A DNA stretch of 63,655 nucleotides, the filler included, from Craspedostauros australis (Eukaryota): the NCBI GenBank assembly GCA_030167865.1. It is 12 parts of 12 records of this genome, joined end to end, with 100 filler letters (N's around TTAATTAATTAA, not from the genome) between each part and the next. Parts side by side here need not be neighbours in the genome. Positions count along the whole stretch, not along the records: positions 19,553 to 25,922 come from JALAGF010004123.1; positions 26,023 to 27,498 come from JALAGF010004124.1; positions 27,599 to 29,123 come from JALAGF010004125.1; positions 29,224 to 32,551 come from JALAGF010004126.1; positions 32,652 to 36,328 come from JALAGF010004127.1; 7 more parts are not named here. One strand, 5' to 3'. Shown here one piece after another: positions 22,515-32,652 of the stretch. Position 1 is the first letter of the stretch; every line of letters begins with the position of its first letter. Made by a program: the position numbers and the translations under genes. The notes beneath the pieces were generated by a model. The model worked only from the letters and a program-made list of their open reading frames with translations. It was not told where the DNA came from and searched no databases.

Positions 22515-23093
22515 CTAGGATAGAAACCGTGTGAAAGGAGCTGGAGCAACTAGAAATCCATTCATTCGATGGTGCATCCGGCATGCCTTCACCGTCACCT
22601 TTGGTGATCCATGCGGCATGCTGCTCCATTCACTCCTATGTCGTTCGCAGCACGGTCTGGCTAAACCACGAGATACGCATGGTCTTCTGTGCATGAATTG
22701 CAGATGATCCCGGTTGGCATAAGGCATGTTGCTGTGCAGCATCATTGGCCAATGTGACATGAAGAGGATGGTTTAGCCACCGCTGTTGTCATGGTGATCG
22801 TCGTTGCCAATCATATGGTTTCAGCGTTCGTTGGCTTCAGTGGTATGGAAGGAGCTGCGTGGGAAATGGTGGTGGACCCCCAGGGGTCGTGCCTGGCTAG
22901 AAGGGCTCGAATCCAACTTGATGAAGTGGAGCGTACTGCGACAGTCAGCTTGATGTTGTTGGTGCTGCAGTTCGTGCATGATGTCGCGCAGGACACAAGC
23001 GTATGCCAGCAGCTGCCTGGTTGTCAATATGGCCGACAAAGATGACGAGCAATGGGAGAAGTTGCCGATGCCATCGCACACGATGTCTTTCAT
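22515..23093 (-). pseudogene. SRR1-like domain pseudogene
   Basis: One frame reads DIVCDGIGNFS...RQLLAYACVLRD...ANER*NHMIG...GG*TILFMSHWPMMLHSNMPYANRDHL. This resembles SRR1 motifs (VCYG-G-F...QLA; NE-G; TLF-MPHCP--LY-N-L-ANW) with two in-frame stops. The 5' side abuts the transposon end at 23096. Confidence 0.55.
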
Positions 23094-23095
23094 AT

Positions 23096-25162
23096 CCACG
23101 GAGATTTTTTGCGTCAGGGTGCAAAAAATAAACTTAACGTGGAGATTTAAGACGGTGCGATTTCCGAATCGACTGGTTCGATTACTTCCCGTTTTTCCCT
23201 TGTGTGTTCTGATCTGTTGCTGTTGTGATTTCACGCTGTCTCTCGCGTCGTCTCCTTTTCTCCTCCTTCCGACAACAACTACAACATTGTTGTTGCACAA
23301 CGCACCTGTCCGCATTGATGCTCCTTCCTCCACCTCTTCCCAGTCTCCATCGGTCCTCCTTCCAATCAGGACATTCCCACCAACTTCAGTTCGACATCAG
23401 ACTATCTGCTCCTGCTCTTGCCTTCTCCGCAACCAACTCTCAACCATGGCAGCTGTGAACAACAACAGCACCCTTGACATGATCCAGGCTATCGACAACG
23501 AGTTTGCTGATGCTCATGCCACCAACAACATCGATGCCCCACGCCTTCTCCATGACGGTATCAGCGACCATCGTCACGATCCCAACAACCATGTTCATGT
23601 TGCCTCCGTCTGCAGCGATGACAAAGGTGGTGTTGTGGATCCACCACCCCCTACACTTGTCGGTGCATTTGGTGTTCGACCCTCTACAAGGCATGGTTGC
23701 ACCCATTGGGTCATCCTTCCTCCACCAAAGGACAACAGCAGGGGTTCCATGGAGTGGCACGTACTTTGTCCAGCCACTCATGCAACCACTGTCACCATCA
23801 GCGGCGCCCATAGTGTGGCCTTGGCTCAGCTTCGAATGGAAGTCCAGAGCACTTGTCAATGTGTGCTCCAACTGTTTCCAAAGCCTCCCCCAGGAATAGG
23901 CCCCTTTCTGTCCACCCCACATGACCTCATGCACTACGTGCTGGGACCTTCATCTTCCATCTTCGTTGATGTGTTTGGACCAGGGGGGCTGGTAATCCCC
24001 TATGGCAGCTATGCAAGCTTTCTGTATGTATTCTTGGCTCAGATGTCTTTGGGGTGCACCACCAAACGCCTCTATGACTCTGATGTCGTCGACAAGATGG
24101 ATGCATTTCCATCCAAAGAATCGTACATTGCCACCTGGAGCAAAATCAGGGACAACGGGGACACTCCATCATCAGGAGGCCATCGGTTCCTTTGGGCAGA
24201 GCTGGAAAAGGCATTCAACCTATGCCTTCCAAAGATCTGTCTGAATCATGGCAATGGTCATCGAATCGTCACTCTCGATGATGACAAGGTCCATTGCCGG
24301 AGTCATGCTGACAGAAGTTGTTTGCTTCTCATGCAACATAGTCATGCAAACCGCGATGGGTAAGTCTATCTTGTGCACTTGTGTTGGCAATGATTGTTCC
24401 ACTTTTCTTACACCATCTCATTCCATTCTCCTTCCTTCCTCTCTCCTTGTTCACTTCTTCCATTTGTCAGCATACAATTGAATACCCTTGTGCAGAGTGC
24501 ATCAGGTCTTGTTGTTGGCCTTGCTGCATCTCATGATGGTCCTCATGAAGACAACTTGGCCCTCCTTTCCCAACTGGCGAAAACCAATGGGAGCCTCCTC
24601 AATGTCACACTCATGGCAGACCGCGGCTACAACACTGAACTAAATTCACGCGATCTCATCAGCAAGGACGCAGACCTTGAAGGAACGCACAAGCATCACG
24701 CTCACCTGTCATTTACCTTCGGCGGCTGGACCGCACCAGGAAACCCACAGATGGATGTCGGAAAGCACGGCCCGCGCAAGCTTCAGATAGCCATATCAAA
24801 TAGCATGGGCAACACACCATTCACTTGCTATTCTTACCGCCACAACCTGAACAACGTGATGGCTGTTGGCACCAACGCTGCTTCATTCGAGTGGGACCTC
24901 AATCTAGAGAATCCTCGCGACCAACGAATGTACACTGACATGGTCAACAGGAAAGACGGCAACAATCGTCAGTCCGAGCTGTACCCACACTTCTTCCAAC
25001 ACTGCGTATCCAATTCTACCCTATCGCCTGCTGTGAGGGAAGCAAGGATGCTTGGCAATGACGAAATGTGTTGGAAGGCTCCGCGCACGGAGAATCGGTA
25101 GTAGTCAACACTCTTTCTCAAAGTGTTTCTGTTACTGTTACTGTTGTTGCTATTGATTGTTG
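23096..25162 (+). mobile_element. DNA transposon with piggyBac/IS4-like transposase; left end visible, right end lost in or beyond the N gap
   Basis: ATAT (23092-23095) then CCACGGAGATTTTTTGCGTCAGGGTGCAAAA, similar to the left end of the 3824..5947 element (ATAT CCATAGTGATTTTTTTCTGCGTCAGGACGCAAAA). A transposase-like gene follows 350 nt in. Confidence 0.75.
23446..25101 (+). CDS. Divergent piggyBac/IS4-like DDD/E transposase, two exons (23446-24359, 24471-25101), possibly decayed or truncated
   Basis: A GTAAGT...pyrimidine tract...CAG intron at 24360-24470 joins the two ORFs in frame: IVTLDDDKVH...HANRDG/IQLNTLVQSASGLVVGL...VTLMADRGYN...ADLEGTHK...FTFG. The motif order parallels the piggyBac DE / GIK / DN-Y / GT-R blocks. 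Confidence 0.65.
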
Positions 25163-25640
25163 NNNNNNNNNNNNNNNNNNNNNNNNNNNNNNNNNNNNNN
25201 NNNNNNNNNNNNNNNNNNNNNNNNNNNNNNNNNNNNNNNNNNNNNNNNNNNNNNNNNNNNNNNNNNNNNNNNNNNNNNNNNNNNNNNNNNNNNNNNNNNN
25301 NNNNNNNNNNNNNNNNNNNNNNNNNNNNNNNNNNNNNNNNNNNTCAGGTTTTGTTGAACCTGATGATTGATCGAATCTGATGGAATATTCACAACATATT
25401 TCATTCCTGTAGACCTGGTAGTTAAGGTCTTGATGTGACGTCACGTGTGATGGATACTGTGGTATCCGCTGGAACACCCAACATTTTGTCCGATTTTCAC
25501 TTTTCTAGCTCGTGACTTACTTTAACGGGACTTAATGGGCGGCGTTGAGACAGAAAAGTGAATCAGCCGAAATCCCAAATAGCTTACTTAGGGTTACGCT
25601 ATTGAACTTCAATTGTGGTTCGTTCACGCCCAACAAGAGA

Positions 25641-25838
25641 GACCGGACAAAACCGGAGAAACTAGGTCAGACCGGACAGACCGGACAAAATGACCGGACA
25701 AAACGNNNNNNNNNNNNNNNNNNNNNNNNNNNNNNNNNNNNNNNNNNNNNNNNGACCGGACAAAACGACCGGACAAACCGGACAAAATGACCGGACAGAC
25801 CGGACAAAACGGCCGGACAGAATGGATAGACCGGACAT
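25641..25838. repeat. GACCGGACA(AAA)-type degenerate minisatellite spanning a 48-N gap
   Basis: More than 12 visible CCGGACA cores with 9-13 nt periodicity. Confidence 0.9.
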
Positions 25839-26022
25839 AATTAACGATCTTAGCGGACACTGTTAACGGACAGTGTACCCAAAACAGCACTGAAGGTCGG
25901 CGCGGCGACGTGTGATGGATCANNNNNNNNNNNNNNNNNNNNNNNNNNNNNNNNNNNNNNNNNNNNTTAATTAATTAANNNNNNNNNNNNNNNNNNNNNN
26001 NNNNNNNNNNNNNNNNNNNNNN

Positions 26023-26076
26023 TTACTTTCATCGAAGTGCTATTACTTTCATCGAAGTGCTATTACTTTCATCGAA
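26023..26076. repeat. 20-bp tandem repeat (TATTACTTTCATCGAAGTGC) x~2.7 at contig start
   Basis: Directly visible; a further TACTTTCATCGAA core lies at ~26104. Confidence 0.9.
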
Positions 26077-26453
26077 TGGTTGCGACCATCATTGGCACGT
26101 GCGTACTTTCATCGAAATACTGTTGGTGACGGTCGGATGACAGACGGAGACGCAGCAATTTCCCGTCTCCACAGCGTCTGCAGAGACGACCAGAGCATCC
26201 ACAAAAATCTCACATCTCGCACATCTCGCACACACACACAACAACACGCATCCGTATCCTCTCCTGATTGTCACAAGTTCACTGTAATCCCATGCTGCAG
26301 GCCAAGCTCTCTTTTCAGCTGTGCTACAATTATGTATGCAACTCTCTAAGATACTACAGTTAGAATGTCCACCGTCAATCAGTACAATCAGTACAAGGAA
26401 GCTGCTGAATCTTTGGATTGGAGATACTATTTGATGCAGCTATTGTCATTACT

Positions 26454-27200
26454 CTATCGCTGTGTTTCACGGAGATCATTTTTACGTTGTTGCCAATACA
26501 GCGACTCGTATTTTGACCGCTTTGCTGCATGGAAATGTTGTCTGAATTGCTTCATCGGAAACTCCTGATAGCATTGTCTCTTTTGATACAACTCCAATGG
26601 TTTGAGAGAATTCAAGGATGAATCCTTGAAGTCCTTTCGAAGCATGCTTTGTGCCTCAGAGCCATCCCATCTGAGTTTTGCAGCTGGCTTTGTGGAAATT
26701 GTCATCTTTCGGAAAGCAGCCAGACAATCCTCTGCCTCTGCAGCGTCATCCTTGTGCTGTTTCCACTTTTTGCGAAGGCGGTTCAGATTGCTGCGGAAGT
26801 TGGTGTAGTTCACCTCTGAGAATTCTGCATGGCTTTCGTAGATGGCCTTTGGCTTCATCTCCTCAGTGATCGTCCCCTCCTTCAATTCCTTCTCCAGAAT
26901 CTTCTTGGCATCTGCCCATTTGAACGGCATTTTGGGCCCTGGCTCAACACTGCCACACAGCTGCTGTTTGTGAGAATGCTGTTGCAAGGGGCTTCTGTGA
27001 ACAGATTTGGTGATGACGTGACAATCAAGATGGTCCAGAGTCGCTTCTTGTCGTGATACCAGCATTGCTATTAGTATTGGCATTGCCATTGCCATTGGGG
27101 TTGTGAGATGACTGCAACATCCAAAAGGAATTGTTGCCGCTGATGTTGATGCTGGGTTTCCAGCACAGTGGCAGGACGAGTCTCTCTGCTGCTTTGCCAT
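26454..27200 (-). CDS. Hypothetical protein with an internally duplicated ~55-aa helical domain (core from ATG 26930)
   Basis: KWADAKKILEKELKEG...KPKAIYESHAEFSEV...FR and RWDGSEAQSMLRKDFKD...KPLELYQKRQCYQEF...FR align with each other. The true start is uncertain. Confidence 0.65.
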   Translation of the reverse strand: MAKQQRDSSCHCAGNPASTSAATIPFGCCSHLTTPMAMAMPILIAMLVSRQEATLDHLDCHVITKSVHRSPLQQHSHKQQLCGSVEPGPKMPFKWADAKKILEKELKEGTITEEMKPKAIYESHAEFSEVNYTNFRSNLNRLRKKWKQHKDDAAEAEDCLAAFRKMTISTKPAAKLRWDGSEAQSMLRKDFKDSSLNSLKPLELYQKRQCYQEFPMKQFRQHFHAAKRSKYESLYWQQRKNDLRETQR

Positions 27201-27444
27201 GTTCGATTCTGCTCCATCACAGCTTGACCTGCAACTTTCAGTATGGCTGTTGTCATTGCTGTTGCCGTTGTTGTTGCCATGATGCGTGTTGGTTGCCGTT
27301 GCTTTTCAGCCTTGTCTTGCTGTTACTATACAATCAATTGATGTATTGATTGATCAATGAATGCAATGTTTCCTTGCTGTTGAAAACTTTCCGTCTTCTC
27401 TTTGAGTGGTAGGATGGTGGCTTCGCTCGTCGTCCACTGTCAGG

Positions 27445-27447
<3 letters not shown>

Positions 27448-27498
<51 letters not shown>
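27448..27498. repeat. (TG)n microsatellite at contig end
   Basis: Directly visible. Confidence 0.98.
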
Positions 27499-29223
27499 NN
27501 NNNNNNNNNNNNNNNNNNNNNNNNNNNNNNNNNNNNNNNNNNTTAATTAATTAANNNNNNNNNNNNNNNNNNNNNNNNNNNNNNNNNNNNNNNNNNNNGC
27601 CATTGTGGACTTTTTTTGGTGTTTCTCTCTCGTCATGTGGTTGTGTCGAGTTTTGCGCTCTCGACCGGCCTCACATATTGGGGGCTGAGGTAACCATTGA
27701 TTATTTTACCAAACGTACGAAAGAAGCATCACACAAACACTCCGAATAGTACCAACCCACCCAACCCTTCCGTCACAACGAAACACACAGGACGATGATT
27801 CATGTCGTCCTGTGATTGGTGGTTCATGATGCAGCAGCCAGTTTGGTGACGTAGATGAAGGATCAGACAAACGGAGGGTAGAATGGTTGTAAACGCGAAC
27901 TCGCCGCTTCTCCCCAAACTCTACAACTAGCGCTATCGCGGAGGAGGCGTTGGATGATCTCATCAGATCACCTCAAAAAGAGACTAAACAATTCAAAATG
28001 GGAACAACCTCGCTGAAGGGAAGAACAGTGAAGGGTTAAGTTGGATCGATTTAGTCGTAGCCAACAGCCTGAAACCCGAAAGAGATCGAAAAATGCGCAC
28101 ATCCATTGGTCCATAAAACTTAAAATAGGATATAACTCAAAAATGTAATGGTNAATTATTTGTATTAGACCTACAAGGATTACGAATATGTGCTCGGTCT
28201 GGATATCCGAGACAATATTTCTGGAGGTCCATTTCAAAGTGCAGGTCGACTCGCTATCCGGGCTCCTATGGTACGACTACACTGCCAGCCACAACAACTG
28301 AGGACTCCACACTTCGGAGGCTGTCATTAACGACCGTGCTAGAGTTTCTAGAGCATGGAGTAGTTGAATTGACCACATGAGAGGACGATGATGATCCAAC
28401 GACAGAGGTCCACAAGTTCGATGAAGAAGCAAACGGTATCGGGTTGCAGTTATCCCATGCCGACCGATAAGGCCCCATTCAGCGAAGTACAGTATTTTTC
28501 TGCGGATTTGAGATACTGAAACGTGATATTATTAGAACATGATTTTTCGTGTTGTACATTAGGGTTAGATAAATCTAGCTAGCTTCTACGACACAAATAC
28601 CTGGCTGGATTGTCTTCACCGCGGACGAAAATGATGACGTTGTTGACGGTCGATATCAGACGGCGATGACACCCAACAGGGTGGATGGTGACGTTGTGGC
28701 AGATTCGATGTTGCGTTGATTTCTCGCGTTGTTGGTGATTTGGCTCGGTTTGGTGTTTCCTCCTTTGGGCGTGTCGTGTCAAACAGCACAGCGTCGGCGG
28801 CATCCCTGCGCATCAGCTGCAACAGCAACACTTGCGAATACCACACAGCACAGTATTATAGAATATAATGTAATGGAGCACAATGACTTATTCTGTGGTG
28901 TGCAAAACATTGTACTATTTAATGCGATGCTTAGTTTGTCAATACAAAGTCCTGCGCAACCTGCGTTGCTCCCCTTGAACATGGGACGTCATGTTCATCT
29001 GCTGAGCTGATGGCACGATGCGGAAAGAGACTGGTGGCAGCAGCGTCGTTTCCTTTGTTGTTTCTCGTGTTGTGTTTTGTGTCGTTGTCGGTTGATTTTG
29101 ACCTTTCCTGTTGTGGCAGCCATNNNNNNNNNNNNNNNNNNNNNNNNNNNNNNNNNNNNNNNNNNNNTTAATTAATTAANNNNNNNNNNNNNNNNNNNNN
29201 NNNNNNNNNNNNNNNNNNNNNNN

Positions 29224-32200
29224 CTGACTTTGAAAGTGTCCAGCTGGTCAAGTGCTTCCTCGTTTGCCTTGTTTAGCGACTTCAGTTCCAACCCACTGAT
29301 GAACCCTCGCATGACGCAGCTTTGGTAATTAAGGATACCGATGCCAAATTCCCCAACCTCCATCGAGCGGTGATACCCTTTCTTGTGATCCCGCATGACA
29401 TCTTCGAAAGTGAAGCTGAATGGGTTGACGTAGTTCGCCGACGTGAATCGGAACATGCCTTCCAGATGCCTTCCATCTGTCTGCGCGAGGATCAGGTCAC
29501 CGATCTTCATGCATCGTTCGGCCAGAGCTTGCTCTGCCATGGCGCTAAGCACAATTCCATATGCACCGAAGGCGCTCACAGATTCTGCGCAGATGCCGTA
29601 CTTGATAGATGTGCACAGCATCTTGCACAAGTTCATGATCAGCAAAACTGTGCTATTGGTGGCATTGGTGCACATTCCAAAGTCTGCACCAATGGTCATG
29701 GCGGCGAGCTTCTTCTTATCCGTCATCCAAGGCCTCGCGAGGATCTCTTCGTTGGTGTTGCTCTTCAGGAAGCGCTTGATCTTCATCATGCTCTTTATAG
29801 TGTGCAGCGAGTACCATCGCTTGGGGAATGCATTCAATGATTGGAGCATCTCCAGCTCCATGTTGAGAGCTGCCATATGGCGATCCTGCCTGGTCAAGGC
29901 TCTGGCCATGGAGAAGTGAGTTGGTATCTTCCCTTCCATGGATCTGGCTTTCTCAAGCACCTCGTCGCACAGCTTGTAGCCGACCTCGTAGTTGCCAATA
30001 GACAACTCGACATCAGCACGAGTGCTGTAGACCTGCAAGCAAAGAGCGTAGTGCTCATCACTGTCCCAGATCGATGTACTGGCAGCAACGTCGCTTGTTG
30101 CTGTTCCTTGATTTTTGGGAGGGAGATTGGGGGATCTCTTGCTTCGGACACGCTGCAATGCGCCGTGTGCCTTTTCGAGATATGTTGCAGCTGCTTCAAG
30201 GGCTGCCATCTCCAAGGCCTTCTCGCCAACCTCCAGATTCATGATGACGGTGAATATGTGATCCTTGCTTTGCACGCTGTTCAAGTGGTCCGCGGCCACG
30301 AACAGGAGGCCGTCGTCGATGCCCGAAGCGGAGGAGGAGGAGCTCGACGTTTCGGTCGACGTTAGTGAATATGTCGATTGAGATGAAATGTTGGACTTGT
30401 CTTGCAGGCGAGTCCTGCCTTGGTCCCGAAGCTTATACCTTTTTCGAAGGTCATCATTGTCGCCATCATCACCAGCCTGTTCGCTTTGGAGGCGGAACTG
30501 CATACGTCGGTACATCTTCAGCAAGCAGTGACCGATCCGCACGCGCAGCTTGTCACGGGCCTCGCCGGCTGGGATCATGCCGTGTGCCGCCTGCTGGATG
30601 CGATCGTGCGCGAAGTGGTACTTGTTCCCTCCGATGGGATTAGAAACCAGCCGCTCCAGAACCGCATTTTCCAGCATATCGGAAAGCTCTTGGGTGGTCG
30701 ATATGCCGTCCATAGTGTCGATCTCACCATCCACGTGCTTGCACTCATTCTCGAGCAACTGATGCAGCACCGAGATGTCGAACATCGATCGGATGTAGGC
30801 TGCAACGGATAACACTTGCTGCAGCTGCAGGGGAAGGTCTCGCAGCTTGGATTCGATGATTCCCAGGATATTATCGCTGATGGGCAGTTGGGCGCTGCCG
30901 CTGTTGCTACCATCGTCGTTCCCTGGGTTGGAAAGGCTCCATTCCCATCGGTGAGAGATGGGACTGAAGACGAGGATGTCCTTCCTTTCGAGTTCTTCGA
31001 GAGCTTGCAGGGTGAAGAAGACGTTTCCGTCTGTCTTGGCGTGGAGCTTCTCAGATAGAGTCTCGATGTCGTTGCAGTCCAGCATGCTCGAGAGCCATGC
31101 GGTCATGTCATCCAGAGTGAGGTTGGTGATCGTGATCTGATGGAGGGTTCGCGGATGACGGCGTTTGTCAATCTTGGATCTTGGAGTAGATTCAGTCACG
31201 ACGGATCTATCGTCAGGATCATCATCAGCAGGTGCCCTGTCGTGAATATCAGTATCTCCTCCTGACAACGGCGTGACGAGGCACCGTGCTAGCGGGTGGT
31301 CGGGGGTGAGATCCAGTGGTTCGTCAGTATGCGGGTTGGTGTCCTGGCGGATGGCACCAAGCAGAAGGAAATTCTTGAGCCCTGGATCAGCCACCATTTG
31401 GGCGATCAGGTTGAGGCCAACCTCGGCAGACCACTGCAGATCGTCGAGGAACATGTAAATGGGTCGTTCCTTTGTCGAGACTGCCTTGATGAACTGTACG
31501 AAGATGTACTGGAGCTGGTTCCACATCTTTTCTGTCATGACTCCGCCCGCCGCCGGTGAAGGCGATTCACCGTTGAGGTTGCTGTCGTTCATGCTTGTGC
31601 TGTTGTTATCGCGCTGGCTGACGGATTGGCTCATGACAGAAGCGTCGCCTCGTGCTGACTTGGATGTCAAGATGGAGAGAGATGGCACCACTTTCACCAA
31701 GGGATGAAGCCCACCGTTGGGGAATGCCACTCGCACACATTCACGGATACGATCAAGTTCTTCCTTGGGTCCGTTCTTGAGCTGGGTCGTGAAGTCTTGG
31801 ATAGCCTGGACGATGGCCGAGAATGGGTCGCTCTTTCCTGTGTACTCGTCGTACTTTCCACGCAGGACGTAGCAGCAGGAGCAAGCTGGCGTTGTGGCTG
31901 CTTGTTCGGTCTTCGTTTGTTTCTGGTTGGAGCCCTTGCCGCAGATGCAGCACGTCTCTAGGAAGTGATCGACGAGAGCGGACTTTCCTGTACCACTGAC
32001 ACCCCAGACCAGCACAGCTGGATGTACATCGAGCTTCTTGGTTGCTTTTGGTGTTGATGTTGGTTCAGCGTTGGCCTTGTCGTTTGCCTCATCAGTTGAT
32101 GGATCCTGTGAGGAAGTAGTAGTGGCATTGCTCTTGTGTTCACCAATGACCTTGTCCTTCAGAGCTTTGAGCTGCTCGAGCTCCGCCTCTCGACCGAGGA

Positions 32201-32456
32201 ATTGCGATGAATCCTTCCAGGGAGCGACGCCACTTGATGGGCCAACTGCACCAGTTTCGCCGTCGTTCGTGGTGTTGGTGTCAGGGTTGGCGTCGTCTTT
32301 GGCCATGCCAGATCCATCGTCGATGGAAGAGAAGGAGGTGCTGGCATTCTGTTCTCCTTCCTCCTCTGCCTCCGTGGAGGAGTATCCGTCCTTTTGGAAT
32401 TCTCCGATAGACGCCGGGAGGTTCTCGAAACAGATTTTAGCTTGTTGGATCTCCAT
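29224..32456 (-). CDS. STAND-like P-loop ATPase (AAA_16/COG3899 type) with helical TPR-like C-terminus, 3'-truncated
   Basis: FLGREAELEQL, Walker A GVSGTGKS, GKYDE...PFSAI, Walker B MFLDDLQW, KTDGNVFF, YHFAHDRIQQAA. Confidence 0.88.
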
Positions 32457-32467
32457 GATGCGGCGTG

Positions 32468-32551
32468 GTGTTGTGTTGTGTTGTGTTGTGTTGTGTTGTG
32501 TTGTGTTGTGTTGTGTTGTGTTGTGTTGTGTTGTGTTGTGTTGTGTTGTGT
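32468..32551. repeat. (TTGTG)n pentanucleotide microsatellite at contig end, just upstream of the ATPase start
   Basis: About 16 perfect copies. Confidence 0.98.
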
Positions 32552-32652
32552 NNNNNNNNNNNNNNNNNNNNNNNNNNNNNNNNNNNNNNNNNNNNTTAAT
32601 TAATTAANNNNNNNNNNNNNNNNNNNNNNNNNNNNNNNNNNNNNNNNNNNNC

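Noticed and set aside
22772..22823. Stop-codon readthrough or selenocysteine in the SRR1-like frame
   Set aside because: The stops are of two types (TGA, TAA) and conserved residues are also degraded, consistent with decay.
22978..23445. N-terminal extension of the 461-aa ORF 22978..24363
   Set aside because: It runs through the antisense of the SRR1-like remnant and across the transposon end; ATG 23446 is the more plausible start.
27961..28260. AT-rich MITE-like patch
   Set aside because: No terminal inverted repeats or TSD could be found.
28559..28568. Telomere-like TTAGGGTTAG (also TTAGGG at 25588)
   Set aside because: Fewer than two full units; expected by chance.
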